Shown here: positions 21,949 through 35,700 of the stretch, piece by piece
Numbering within the stretch: the first letter of the stretch is position 1
Layout: each line of letters opens with the position of its first letter
NCBI GenBank assembly: GCA_004764695.1
Contig: SMSO01000005.1
Coordinates: forward strand, 62,001 to 126,000
Direction: 5' to 3'
Source: Schizochytrium sp. TIO01
Taxonomy: Eukaryota > Protista > Bigyra: Labyrinthulomycetes
Length of the DNA: 64,000 bases
The notes under the pieces: generated by a model
Seen by the model: the letters and a program-made list of their open reading frames with translations, nothing else
What the model was told of the DNA's origin: nothing
Databases searched by the model: none
Program-made: the position numbers and the translations under genes

Positions 21949-24927
21949 TTAAGCAAACACACGGAGCAACGTATCCCAGGAACCTGTACAAAGAGCCTGA
22001 CCGTCCTTCTGCACACCGACCGAAGAGACACGGTTGTCGTGCTGCTGCAGGATCTGAACGGGCGAGGTGGAGTCCATGCCATCCGTTCGGAGGGTGTCCC
22101 ACACGTAGCATTTGAAGTCGTCGTAGCCGCCAAAGAGCAAGCGGCCGGAGTGTGAAAAGGCGACAGAGGTGATACCGCCTGTGTATTGAAATTAGAAAGA
22201 GGAAAACCATGTTAGTCGTCAAACGAATATTTGATGATGTTGTTGATGTTGCACTCGGAGCACATCAGCAACTAACCCTAGCAAAATTTGCAAGGATAAC
22301 ACTTCTCATGAAGCAACGACGAGTATCCAACAACATCGAAGCAAAACAAGAAGCAGATAGCGCAGACCAGGGTCTATCGGGTAGAACTTACACAGAATGG
22401 ATTCGTTGTTGAAAATGTTGATCTCCTGGTAGGCGCGCAAATCATAAAGGCGGCAAGAGGAATCATCTGAGCCTGAGCCGAAGGCGGTACCGTTGGGAAA
22501 GAAGGCCACATCGTTAATATCACTTTCGTGGCCAGTAAAGGTAATGACAGCGCGCTGGGAGCGTACATCCCAGAGCTTGCAGGTGGCATCGCAACTTCCA
22601 GAAACAAAAATATTGGGGTCAGTTGGCGATGGGGAGACACTCATCACATCACCACCGTGGTCGGTGAACTGGCGCTTGACAGAGGTAGAGTCGACATCCC
22701 AAAGAATGCAGGTGCTGTCACCAGAGGAAGTGATAACCTGATGCGTGTCAAGGAATCGGCAGCAACTGAGGTAGCCATCGTGGGCGGCCAATTCGCAGGT
22801 GGCGCGGTTAAGAGCAGTGTCGTTAGACAATTGATAGATTGAGCACAAGTTATCAAGGCCACCGCAGGCTACCATGCGGTTTTCAGTTTGCTCAAAAGCG
22901 CAAGTCATCACCCACGACGAGCGCAGAGGGATAGCCTGTACCTTGTTTGTGGTGTTAGCGTTCCAAATAATCAGCTTGCCATCCTGAGAAGCACTGACGA
23001 GCTTTTCAGTGCCGGAGCCGGCCCAGTGCAAAGCGTATACCTTGCCGAAGTCTGTGTTGATCAATAAAAATAATCCAAAAGCATGGTTAGTCACTCACTG
23101 CATTTTAACAAGACCAATCCCCCCTCCTCCCCCTCTCCATCTCGCGCACACACACCCTTTTTTATTTATCTGGCTTCTGAGGGATATGACTTCTTTGTTG
23201 CCACGCGCTGCCACACCAAAAACAACAGGTAATATTTGGGCAGCTATGCATGTTTCCTTGACTTGCGTCTCTTTCATTCGGTCATTTCTTTGCACTTCAC
23301 TTCAAACCAAGGTAGTGAAAAGGCAGAAAGGAGGTAAAAAGGCACTTGGGAGATTCTCACATAATGCAGCCAGTCAGCCACAGCCAGCTATGGCTAACTA
23401 TGGAGATAGAGGGCATTCGCATCTGAAAATTCTGCCCTGTCCAAAGAGTCCTTTCCACATCATCATCTTGCCTAACTCTGGTGAGCGTTGTTCCACCTCT
23501 TTGCTGCTCTCGAAGCAACTAGGAGTCTTCAAGCCTTGAGTAAGCCATTCGATGCACAAGAAGCGAGCACAAAGAAGCGCGCGAGGTACTACTAACCAAG
23601 TAGGTGCACTCCTACTTAGTTACTACCTCCTTACACTTTTCTATACTCCCCTAAAGAACGAAATTTCACGCGACAATCTTGGACGATAATACATACATCC
23701 ACTTGCATACCGCTCCCAGTTTCAAGATCGACATGGCAATCACTAGTTGGACTCGCTCTCGTCGATGTCCTGACTCCCCTCCTCCGCCCTCAGGCCTTCC
23801 TTTGCCATCAATACTTCTGACCTCCAGCGAGGCGCGTGCGCACAGAGGAGCTAGCCGTGTGCGTCAGCTAAAAGAAATAATCAATTCATAGAGAAAAGAA
23901 GGAAATGAAAGAAAAGAAAGTAAAAAAAAACAAAAAACAGGACAACAGCAACAATGTGTGCGCGATCGCGGAGGCCGTGAAAATGCCGCTGCTATCACCT
24001 CTGAGTTGTTGTGTGTTGTTGCTGCTCTTTCTTCTTGCTGCGCTTTCGCAAAGACCACCTCTACCGGTGTCCTTGTCTCCGTTTTGAGGCAGCGCGTGGT
24101 TTGCACAGGTCGCTGTGAAGTACGGGGTCGGCCGGCCAGGTAAGCAAGCAAGACCGATACTGTAGTGAGGGAAAGATCGCTGTGTGAAGATGTGAATGGA
24201 CCAAGAAAGCCCGCCACAACCAGCGTTCGACCATCATCGCTCTCAGCGTCGGTTTTCTTTGCTCACTCTGGACCAAACCCTCTGCACCTCTCACTCCTCC
24301 GTTCGCCAAACTTGCATGCGCCAGGCACGAAGCAAACGAACGAAGGAGTGAGTGAGAGCACAAACTTTCACAGTCCTTCATCTTCTTTCTCATATATCAA
24401 CATTTTCACCTATTTCCATGCAATTCATCCAATAAATAAATTATGATCATTTCATCCAACATCATCACCGCTATGCCCGCCCCCAACAGCTCGAAAGCAT
24501 TCCAAGGGACCCTCCTCATCTTCGTTCACGCGCTCTGCGCAATTGGTGCTGCCTGAATTCAAGTAGTGATAGATGCCTTCGAGGACTTTCTTCATAATCT
24601 ATGAAAGTGCTCCGCAGGCCTAACTACAAGACTAAGCATGCATCAAATGGCTCACCCAGGCTCACCGCCTTGCCATCGGGCGAGGGAAAAACTGGACTCG
24701 AGTCCGCTGCCCTCGCGCTGCGGCTGGCGTGGTCCTTGCTGCCTGCCCGCTCTCCTCCCTAGTCTGTCAAACTTACGGCCCTTGAGAGTCCGCCGAGGAC
24801 GAAGGTTGTTGACGGGACCGCCCTTGGACACGTTGTCGAAGGTACCGTCGTTCTTGTCCTGCCGCGCCGCATCCAGGTCCGCCTTGAGCATGCGGATTTT
24901 CTCCTGCATCTCCTGAATGTCCGACAT
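21949..24927 (-). CDS. GNB: Heterotrimeric G-protein beta subunit (WD40), 3 exons: 24927-24777, 23051-22392, 22178-21949; 346 aa
   Basis: Joining at GT-AG sites gives 151+660+230=1041 nt in frame: [15 protein letters not shown]...RRTLKG(H)FGKVYALHW...[13 protein letters not shown]...[11 protein letters not shown]...[11 protein letters not shown]...[10 protein letters not shown]...GHESDIN...ESIL(C)[20 protein letters not shown]...HDNRVSSVG...TGSWD. Both junction codons restore conserved residues. Confidence 0.97.
22179..22391 (-). other. G-beta intron 2 (213 nt, phase 1)
   Basis: CTGT|GTAAGT donor and CAATACACAG|GC acceptor; splicing restores ILCGITSV. Confidence 0.93.
23052..24776 (-). other. 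G-beta intron 1 (1725 nt, phase 1)
   Basis: GGCC|GTAAGT donor and ATCAACACAG|AC acceptor; splicing restores KGHFGK. Confidence 0.93.
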
Positions 24928-25069
24928 GGTGCCTGCTCGCGTCGCTGCTGCCGCTGCCGTGCCTCGTCTGCTGCTGCTGCTGCTTCTTCCGTGCCGTGTC
25001 GCGCCGCTGCTCCGATGCCGCGCGCGTCTGTGATCGATCGGGACTGCCTCGCAGCGAGCGAGCGAGTTA

Positions 25070-25264
25070 GTTTCCTGTTTGTTTCTTTCTTTCTCTTTCT
25101 TTTCTCTCCTTCTCTCCTTCTCTCCTTCTTTCTTTCTCTTTCTTTTTCTTCCGCCCCTACCGTATTCGCTAGATGCACGCTACCCCTTTCTCTTTCTCTT
25201 TCCCTTTCTCTTTTCCTTTCTCTTTTCCTTTCTCTTTTCCTTTTTCTTTCTTTTTTTCTTTTTT

Positions 25265-25300
<36 letters not shown>

Positions 25301-25340
25301 TTTCTTTCACACTCCTCTCTCTTTCCCTCTCTCTCTCTCT
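25070..25340. repeat. Long polypyrimidine/polypurine tract with (CTTT)n, (TTTCTCTTTTCC)n and (CT)n units
   Basis: About 270 nt almost entirely C/T on the plus strand, with one short mixed interruption near 25153-25182. It lies just upstream of the G-beta start codon. Confidence 0.9.
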
Positions 25341-28300
25341 GGTTTGGTGTACGTGTGTGTGTTTAAAGCCCTAGGGGACTCCTATCAGAGATCATAGCCA
25401 GGGTAGGAGTGTGCTACAGGGGAGGGAATAGCGAGGCTTTCTTTTCTCTGGTTTGCTTCTTCGAGCCTGGGCATCGGTTGATTGAGTGATGGACTCGAGG
25501 CATTCATTCATTCATTCATTTCTTCGTTCACTCACTCGGCCACGCTCTCGCTCGCTCGCCCGCCGGCTGGTCTTGCTTGGGGCGGTGCAGAGCGGCCGCG
25601 TGTGTGTCGGAGCTTACTGGGCTGTGGCGGTGTTGGAGTGTGACGGAATCCTCTTTTTCTAAGTTGCTTTGATTCTTCTTTCTTCCTTTTTCTGCCTTTG
25701 TGTATTTTGAAAAAGGTTTTTACACAAATCAAAGAGCAAATCGCAAAAAACTTAATTGAAACAATTTCTTTCTTTCTTGTTTCTTCTTTCATTCCTTTTT
25801 TCATTCAGGAAAGTAAAGTAAATGAAATGAAAAGAAGTATGAAAGGCTCCATCAATCAATTGTTGTGCATCAGAGAAAGTACATGCAATCAAAGATTGCA
25901 GAATAACGCCAATAACCCTCGACAGCCAAGCGCGGCAAAATCCAACAAGGAGAGGCCCCTGGCTCACAGCTCTCTAAAGCGCACGGATTAAACCAGCGTC
26001 AACGAGGCGAATACACCCTTATTCTCGCCACGCACATTGCTTCTCCTCCTTTCCTCTAGCTAGGCATTTATCCCCCGTGCAGTCCCTGCCCCCACGGCAA
26101 TCCATATTACCGCATAAATACTGGCGTGCACACGGGGGTATGTCATAAGTTAATAACTTGTAGGAACTCGTGCGCCTCTCGATCGCGAGTGTGCTTATAT
26201 AGCCCATAGTAGGCTCCTACTCAAGGACCAGCATCTATAGTGCCCACGATGCGTTTTACGCGTTGATACGAGATCAAGCAGGGCGGCTACCGCTGCAGTC
26301 TAATTCCAACATTCACTTTACAACGAAGCCGCCTTTGCAATTTTGATAGGCCTCAAAAACACGTGCCGAGGTCGTGGACGATACATTCCAGACCACAACC
26401 AAAGGCATCCTGGGATATCCATACGTCCTTGTACACCACCCAGACTCCAAACCAATACCTGAGACACAACAACAACGCCAGAACGCGAGCTAGCTAAAGA
26501 AAGAACCACGACAACAAGAACAAACAAGAAGAACACCCCCCCCCGAGTGAAACGCAGTGCCTACTGTATCTCCTAGCCCTGTCCTACGTGCCAAGATCTT
26601 AGCGGCTTCTGTTCCCTTCGTTCTTATCGTTCTGTTCTTTCATTTGGGTTTCTCTCTGTTTTCCTTCTTCGAGCCCGCGGGTCCCTTGGGAACTTACCTA
26701 GTGTTTACAGTAGGGTTCAAATAAAAGTCGCCGTAGTGGAGTATTTACGAGGACGAGAAGACCGAGCTTCTGCTGCTCGCTCCGGTGCCTGCCTGGCTCT
26801 GCTGCCGCTTCCTCCGCTGCTTGCGTGGTCACGCCTGCGCGTCTGATCTCTACCTGTCTTGGGTACGTGCGTGAGAAGGCGTCCCGCGACTGACCGACCT
26901 TGGACGCTGCTTGCTCCGCACAAGAACGAGGACGAAAGGGCGATCGAAATGGATTTGCTTTGGACTCTTTCTCTCTCTTTTCTTATTTGTTTGTTTGTTT
27001 GTTTGTTTGTTTCTTTCTTTCTTTCTTTGTTCCTGTATTCTTTTCTTCGCCCCTCTCGCTTGCGAACGAGAACGAGGAGAAGAAGAAGGAGCAGCAGCGG
27101 ACCGCCTCACGTGCCGATATCAGTCTCTTGCCTCTGCTTGGGACTGTGAGCTCCGCTCAAAGCACCTCCGTCGCCCAACTGACTGACTGACTTTCTCCTT
27201 CTTATTGCGCTCGCTCGATCGATTGATCGCTTGATCTTTCACAGTCCAAGCTGCTTTCTATTTGCGCTCATTTTTATTCCGATTTCTTTAGTAAAAGTTT
27301 AAGAATTGAGTATGATTCTTTATGTCTACAAAAGGAGGATTCTGAGTCCTCGTATTGAGAAGGTACTTTCCATGCAATTCCAAAAACTTTTCATTCGAAA
27401 TAGCTTTTGGTGTTTAGTGTTTAGTTTTATTTCTAATTTATATCAAACAAATGAATAAATCAAGTGTTATGTATGTATGTATATATATTTTTAGGAAGAG
27501 AACTTGACCTCTCTTTAATTCTTATGGTCTAAAGAAGTGAGACTTCGGCTATTAGCTACCTAGTGCTTCGCAGGTGTTCCTGTTTAAGAGACTGATTTCA
27601 ATATACAGACAGGTACTATGTGATATATATGTAGGCTAGAGAAGCAGTCCAAGCGATGACCAAACTCTGTTTCGTATAAAGAAATCAGCACTTAGTTGAT
27701 GTACGTTTCGAAGATGGGCCCTACGCCTTCAAGTTTACAGCTCAGACGTTGCGTGCATGGCTGCCTTCTCCAATTCACTCCCTCACTTGCACGAGCTGTG
27801 GCTCTTGGCGTGGGATTCTTATAATCTTTGACTCATCTGAGTTTGTTTGCCCTCCTTGCTTTACTTTTGGGGGTTTTCACTAGCCAGGACCTACCGTGGC
27901 CTACCGTATTATCTACAGCCAACTTGTCGTCGCACGCGATGCGAATATGTGTGAATAAACGTGCGCGATACGATGCGAATTAATGCGCCAAAAGCTTTGC
28001 GATCATCATTGATGGCAACCTCGCCAATCAGCTTTCATTTGCTTACATCAGGTTTTCTCCGACTCCGCCCGAGTGATACCCAATGCGGCTTTCCAGCGAA
28101 AATAAGAGTTGATTGTCCATAGGATGTTTTGGTTGACATGAAGAATCAGTTGCTAGGTACGAGCTTCTAGTTAGTCAATCCTCTTCTGGACTCGGAAGAC
28201 CCGGAACACCAAAGTTGATTGTGGTCGGGTGCGTGCAGCGACGATTTAGAGTGAGTAAGTGCGAGGCACCTCTCGACTTCCGAGGTCACTTCTGCTCTTG

Positions 28301-28500
28301 GACTTGATCTTCTTCTCCTTCTTCTTCTTCGTGCTCTTCTACTTCTTCTACGTGTGAAGAAGCTTCAAGTTGTGCAACGAGGTGGAGCAAAAGGCAGTAC
28401 TTACTAGGCAGGTTTGCTAGCGAAAAACACTAGCACACAACACGTACGAGCGCTAGTAGAGTTCTATGGGTACTCCTACGGGCTCGCTCTTTTCTTTCTC

Positions 28501-28610
28501 TTTTTTTTTTTTTTTTTTTTTTAAATATGAAAATGAAAAATGCTTTCTTTTTCACTTATTATTCTCTAGTGTTAGGTTGCTTTCACTGTTGTTGTTGTTG
28601 TTGTTGTTGT
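28501..28610. repeat. Poly-T run (22 nt) and (GTT)n microsatellite
   Basis: T run at 28501-28522 and TGT/GTT repeats at about 28587-28610, read directly. Confidence 0.85.
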
Positions 28611-31600
28611 GATTACTATTTTTTAAAGTGAGTAACTACATTGTGTGTACACATGCATAGAGAATTCTATAATATAAAATAAAAGGAATAAAACAAAATG
28701 AGAGATAAACATGTTTTTCAAGAAACCTTTCTGTAAAACAAGTTTAAGAATCGCCACAGGCAATAGAGAAAGAGAAGACAGTACAACATGGAGAAAGCGA
28801 AACTGATATCATTACAGATATTGTTAATTGAGGAAACACTTAGGCTTGCAAAGGACACTATCCAGCGAGCCTGGGCCACTCTTCTTTATTAGATTCCTAT
28901 CTACCTATATAGCTGGGAATTGTTGTTCCTGAATTCCTAATAAAACTTAGTCATTGCTTTATTGTAATACCTCACTCTGCTCGCTAAATTTCCAATGTGC
29001 ATCTACTATGTCTTGAGAACGAGCTCCACAAAAGCCATTCTAGCTTGCTCTGGGTCTCCACCCGCGAGCCTATGCAATGTTTCATAAATTTTCATCCCCC
29101 ATCGCTTTGAGGTGTTTCTGCAAACCGCAGGGAGGGATCTTGAAGATGCAGAAGAGTCAATTTACCGGAGCTCGTCTTTCATATGAATATTTAGAGTGTT
29201 CAAAATAATTACTTCAAGAAGTTAGTCTTGCGCAGATAACACGGAAGTTTTTTTAACTTATTTTTTTAATTAAACGACTACACGACATGAAAATATATAC
29301 AATAAAAGTATTGAGTCGTGTGATTGGAAAGTTATGCAAGGTATTATAAAAAGTTGGTGTGTAAAAGGCCAAACCTTGGGAATACAGAACCCTGAATGTT
29401 GGCAGGACTCTATGATCGATTATGAAGGCGATGGAGGTTCGCAAGAGGTGTTCACATGCATGAGATGGAAATATAATTACTTCGTACACATCTCTCTTGA
29501 GGAGATTTCCGCGACGCTTGATATATGATTTGTATATCTATGATCCCCTTGCCCAAGACGTGCGACTAGGTAGGTTCTAGGCGTCCCCCGAGAAAGTGTT
29601 GACGACTCTCGACTTAACTATTAGCCATAGTAAATAGCAAAAAAAATTATTAAATTTTAATGCACTAGTACCCTTACTAATATATTTATTATTTGCAAAA
29701 ACATTTTATGAAAGTTAAAAAAAATTAAAAGTAGTGATTTTTTATTTTTTTCAGGAACGTTTACTTCAAGTTGTAAGCTCCAAAGCAAAACATTTTTTGA
29801 TAAGTTACAGATAACAAAAGAAGCTGTTTCGTTCACGGTGAAGGCTCTACTGATTGACCGCCTCTATTTCTGCATTGAAACGAAGGGAGATCAGCCGAAG
29901 ACTCATGCAATTATTTCCTCCCTTCCTCTGTGGTCTCTCTGCTCCCACGGAAGCTACCGTTGAGCATGCGTCCATGTGGTCGGCGTCACCAATAATAAAC
30001 GAAAAGATCAGAAAGGAAATCATTTTTTTAAAGACGAGAAGGTACACACGGCTATATGTATTCAATTCATCATTACGGGATGGAAAGACTGTTATTCATG
30101 CGGTTGTTCAAGCAAGGCCATAACTGATGATACTGATGTGCAAGATTCTATTTTTCTAAATCTGAATACCTTTAAAGAGTTTACCATACGTTGTTATTCA
30201 TTTTGATTTTTTTCGAGTCCCTGGTTACAAATCATGGGTTAGAATTCCAAGGAAATCGCACAGCCCAAATTCTAATGTCAATACCAGAAGCAAAGCGCAT
30301 CAAGTCTACAATGAAGACGAACAATCACCTCTTCCGGTCTCATTCCATCCAGCAGAACGTACTAACTCGATTCGAGGATCTTGGGAGTGGGCACTCTGGC
30401 TTCATTTACAAGTCAAACAATTCTGAGCTCACATTGCGGTACCTATAGTTCGTAGATAGGGTCCGGAAAGACAGCAGAAATCCATCTCCAGGAGGGATGC
30501 CAGGACAAAACAAAAGACCCAGAGTGGCGGAACGAAGTCACCTTTCGAGACAAGTGAGTAGTAGACAGCGCCCCCTGCCTTGCCGCCATGGAGTCTTCGC
30601 AAAAGCGCCAAGCAATTATCCCCAGCTTTCTTAGATGTCATGTGTCGTCTACCAGGAGTCGGATAAAATGTGGTGCACCAAATTAATTACATGGGTACTG
30701 TTTCTTAACTAGTACTAGTAATATATTTATTCTGGCACTTTCACTGGCCAGCTCGGGGGGCGGGAACCTCCGTTCTCCACTAGGTCCATCGTAGGAGGAC
30801 GCTGTGGGGCAAGCCGTCGTGGCGAGCGACATCTGCGGCAAAGGTTTTCTTCGTTTCATGACTCATTCCTCTCTGCGCAGATTACTACCTGCATAATAAG
30901 GAGATCACGGCCAGTGAGTCTTGGAGAAGAGTAGCTCCAAGAAATAGTAGTGTGCACGGAGAAAGCGCACACCTTGAAGGGACATCTCTAAGCGAAACCT
31001 TCGGACTGCGGGCATTGCGAGCGAGGCTGTGGCACGTGCACTCCTTTCTTTCTACTAAGGAAGGCTCTACCAACAGCTCTGGTCTCCCTCTTATAAAGGG
31101 TAGCCACTGCACAAGAAATCCACCGATTCCCACTGTGTTATTTTACTATGTGCCTCGTATGCTTAACTGGTATAACTTCTAGTCTTTGTCTCCGTGTAGA
31201 GACATCCACACTGGTAGAAATGTGAGGTAGTGCAAGTGAGAGGAAACAGTAGCTTGATCAGACGAAAAAGGTGGCCTCTTCCTCTGTGGCTCCACTGTTC
31301 CTATCTCCAGATTACTCTAGCATACTCCTAGTATCCTGAACTACCTAGATGATTAGAAGTGATATTCATAGGAGCAAAGGCTTCATTCCAAAAGCAATAG
31401 TAAGCATCATGATGATTCTTAGTACTCCCTTTTTGGAAAATGAATCCATTCCAATTATTGACCTCGTTGAACTCTACTCACGGGGTTCATTTTACTACGA
31501 GTGTGAAATAGGGCCATAAAGAGTTTGTAGTGATGCTTGAAAGCATCTTTTTTGCACGCGCGGGCGGCACGGTGGCCACGTGAGGATGTAGTTCAACTTA

Positions 31601-32646
31601 GTATGGCTGATTGACGCATGAGCTGGCTGGCGCGGACAACCTGGATGGTTATTATAGGGGTGGTATTCTTCAACATTTCCTATGTAGAGGCTAGCTCTGC
31701 AATTGAGTACTCGAGTCCGATGCAACTTGTGTTTACTCCCGGCTACAATATTAAAAAATAGTAGGTTCCACTAGGATTTACTTGTTCTTACGAAGCAACT
31801 ACTTGCACAAGCTTGCTGTTAATAGGGAGTTTTTATACCAGGTAAAACATTGAACAAAGGAGTGTTACAAGTTCTCAAAAGCTGACAACGACTCAGATGG
31901 TGGTGGGACGGCCAGAGAAAACAATTCTCCTACTCTATCTCACTTCCATTTTGTTGATGCTGTGCGTGTCTTCCATGGGGTTACAGGTCGCAACACAGGC
32001 CTGTAGAGCTAGTAGGAATAATTCAACTCGTGCCAACAATATTTTGGCTTTTGAGGTGGGCTAGTTTTAACTACTAATGCTTCTTACTTCTCGCTGTTGC
32101 ACGCGCGGGTTCGACAATAAATAAAGGCTTGACATAGGAAAAATAAGTGAAAGCCTGCATGTTGTGCTATAGCCTTTGCAGGTACTACTTTGCCAGTGTT
32201 GCGTGTAGAAGGTTCAGTTGGTCAAGGAGATGCGACACCATATTATAGAAGAACGTGGAATTAAACCGATGTTGCGATTCTTTAATATTACAACAGGTAC
32301 CTGTCAATACTTTTCAACAATTTGGCGATTCCAGAGACACAATGTTGAGTCAGATTGAGGAATTAATCGTCCTTACCATTCAGCATGATATTTTGTTCTG
32401 TTCGCGTTCATGAATCTACGAATGGAAATGTCATAGCCAATCTCTTAAAAATGGTTCCATTGCTGCATTCTAAAAACCTGCAAAGCAAATGCGAGCCTTC
32501 ATCTAGCTTGATCATTCGTCGTAAATCAGTCGATAAACACAAAATCTTACATGAAACCTGCATGGCAACCCCATAAAGGCCGTCAAACCAAAACAATATT
32601 TAAAGAATCCACTGGTCTCCAGAGCACCAAGTTTTCTCCCTCTCTT

Positions 32647-32700
32647 TATCTATCTATCTATCTATCTATACATATATACATATATATATATATATGTATG
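32647..32700. repeat. Compound (TATC)n-(TA)n microsatellite
   Basis: tatctatctatctatctatctata catatatacatatatatatatatatgtatg, read directly. Confidence 0.85.
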
Positions 32701-35700
32701 CACAACACTTATCACTATCTCTTGCACGCACATCCAGAATTGAAGTTATTTTGCTGCCTAATGAAGATACTATCCAATGAAGCAAGAATGTGTGTGATAA
32801 TGATCATTTTCAGTTAGAGATATCCATACTTTGGCACGACTAGGCGCGAGATCACTGATGGCGTATGGGACAACGAAGAGCTGTTGCTGCCTGGTCTGCT
32901 GCGAGAATGCCGAAAGCTTGGTATTCGCAAGTTTCCATGATGCACAAGTTTCTTGCTGATGATGTGCTATCTTCTTCCAATGAGCTGTCGTTTTCATCAC
33001 ATTTCTTCGTTTTTTTCCTCTCTTCTTTTTTAGTACTTTCTTTCTTTTGATGAGCAAACCTTTTCTCACCTTATTTATTTAATAATAAATAACTTGAAAT
33101 AAATTATCATCTTTTTATAAATGAATTAATATTTAAATATATATAAATAAATATAAATAAATAAATAAGTTTTCTTTTATCCTAATCATTACTTCCTTTT
33201 AGAATATATGAATAGATCAAAACGTATATATATATATTTATTAAAGTATGCTTTTCTTTTAAGTTAAAAAGCGTAACCCCCCCCGCGCTGGATGTCAAAA
33301 AGAAATATGAGGTCTGGGCAGAGATCACACCGAGGAAGCACAATGTGGAGCAACAGCCTCCTCTTCAACTTTCGTCTAGACTAGCTTGCCACTAGCAAAT
33401 CCATCTAGTCGATATAAATATACAGCAGGTTTCTCGGTCACATTGCTTGGACATGTAAGCACAAGGTTCTTTAAATTATCGCCATCAAGACAGGTACCTA
33501 GCTTATGATGAACGAGCAGTCATGCGAACCTTGAAGATTCAAGTTTTTTCTTTGCTCAAGCTTTCGAAGATACTCAAACTTCGAGGTTTAGGACTCACTT
33601 AGACCTCTCAAAAATAAAAAATGTGATCATTCCATGGTGAGAATGGTGAAGACTCATAACCCAGCGAGCGAGGAGTTAGTGTTTTGCAAGTAGCAACAGA
33701 GTTACTTATGTGACAAATAATTATAGATTAGACACTAAAAGTCCTGGTTTCAAGATAACATGAAGACCGAAAGTCGATGGGTCTGGCTTCGATTTTGGCC
33801 AGTTGAACCGTGGACAGCGCCAATGGTCCCGCAGAAGGCGAGCTTGATTCCAAACACTAATGATTTGGAGGATGTTTTATGTTTCATGTCTCCTACAGAC
33901 CTAGTTGTACAGATATATCATAGTTCAAAGAAAGACCTTTCCGGCAATCAAGATTAAAAATTGTAATAACTTTTTTTTAATATTAATATTAATTTTAAAA
34001 GAAAACAAATCAATAAAACGTGTTAAACCTTCGTCACTTTTTAATAACAAAAACATGATTAGGAAATAGTCCTAATGATCTATAGAGTGTGTTTGATTTA
34101 ATCAATTGCATGGTACATTCCAAATTATAAATCCAATGAGTTGGATTCAAAGAAGTAAAAAAGGATACTACTGACTCTGTTCTCTCGCTGCGCAGACGGC
34201 TTTTGTCCAGCCCAGTTTGCACGCGCTGCAAGCAAAGAGACTGTGTTTCTTTCATCATGATAATCGAGGTTCCAGTTTCACAGGCAGTTACGCGGCAACC
34301 TCGAAATTTGCAGTAGGAGGTTTATTCGGTTCACCGATCGATTGAAATGAGGCTATTTTCGAAGTTCCTTTTCTTTTCCTGTAGTAGGTAGTTAGTTTCT
34401 TACCTATCACTAAGATCTACAATAACTCGAGTAACGCCAGCTTTATCAGCCAGATAAGAATCACTTCTGCTCTATGCCCATACAACAGCTGTTCGAGGAG
34501 GTGGGGGTTACTCTCATAACGACTGTAGTTTTGTGGATTCTGCGGGCAATACTCTTTCGAATAGAAAGTCAAGTTGGCCTCGCAGAATGAATAATTGTGG
34601 AATGCCAGGACGATTCTTTTTACTCGTGATACTTCAAGTTTTTTTTTAAGAGACCCACATGACATCAATCCCATCTTGATTTTCTGTAATTAACAGTATA
34701 ACTGAATTCTCAGTAGAGCTCATTGTGAAAACTTAAAGTTGGCAACCTTCTTGTCCAGCATCACTGCTGTAACGTTTCTACAAGGAATTAGGAGTCACGA
34801 GTACTTTGCGATTTACTTGTGCTTGTCGAAAGAAAGTTATCAAAACTCCTAAGAAAAATACAAATACCATCTCTGAAACGCCAATTCTCAATAGTCAAAT
34901 GCAACTTCTTAGTAAAATTTTCTAGCCTGAGTAGAAACTCTTGCCAAAACAAGCACTCATGAAAAGCCATCTGGTTTGACGACGGCTGAGACAAACTTTG
35001 TATTCTTAACCAGCCAAACATGGTACCTTAATACTTGTAGCAAAGGCCTCCACCACAGAATAGAGGAAATCGCCTGCGGTGTGTAATGAATGTACTATCT
35101 GGAGGAGGCTGAAGTATTGAGTTTCAGGTTGTATTATTTGCGTACAGATTGAGTAAAGCTGTGAAATGAGTACACGAACGAGGTCGTTTCCCGAAAGTCC
35201 CTTTCGATTTTTATTGCCAGTCCGTTTCAAATCGGGAAATGCCTCGTCTGTGGCGAGCAGGTGAGCGAGTGATCTCTCGCGTGCGAGTGATTGAGTTAGC
35301 AACTTCATTCGATTATTTATTTAATAATAAATAATAAAAAATCATGGCCAAGCTACCACTAGGGTAGCGTGTGCAAAGGAGAGGAAGAAGAGATGTAGTA
35401 GGTACTACTCTTGCCCACTTCATGATGACCACGAAATTAAAATACCTTTTTTTCATCATCGCTGCCCCTCCTAATGATGATTCCAAGGTGCTGGAAAGTG
35501 TTTGCCTCGGGTACCAGCTAGAGTAATAGTAATAAGAGGTGAAAACATTGTGAACTAAAGTGCACACTAAAATTATTTCATTTCTTTTAATGTCAAGATA
35601 AAGTTCTTTCTCATTTCTTTCACACATGCAGATGTCGAGACCGTCTTCGTACCTACGTACCTACCTCGAGCTGCACTTGCACAAATCTGAAGCTACTGCC

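Noticed and set aside
21356-22222. 288-aa minus-strand ORF
   Set aside because: Off-frame overlap of G-beta exon 3, intron 2 and the 3' UTR; low-complexity and without motifs.
24759-25397. Lys/Glu/Arg-rich and Phe/Leu/Ser-rich ORFs
   Set aside because: Translations of the CT/GA simple-sequence tract.
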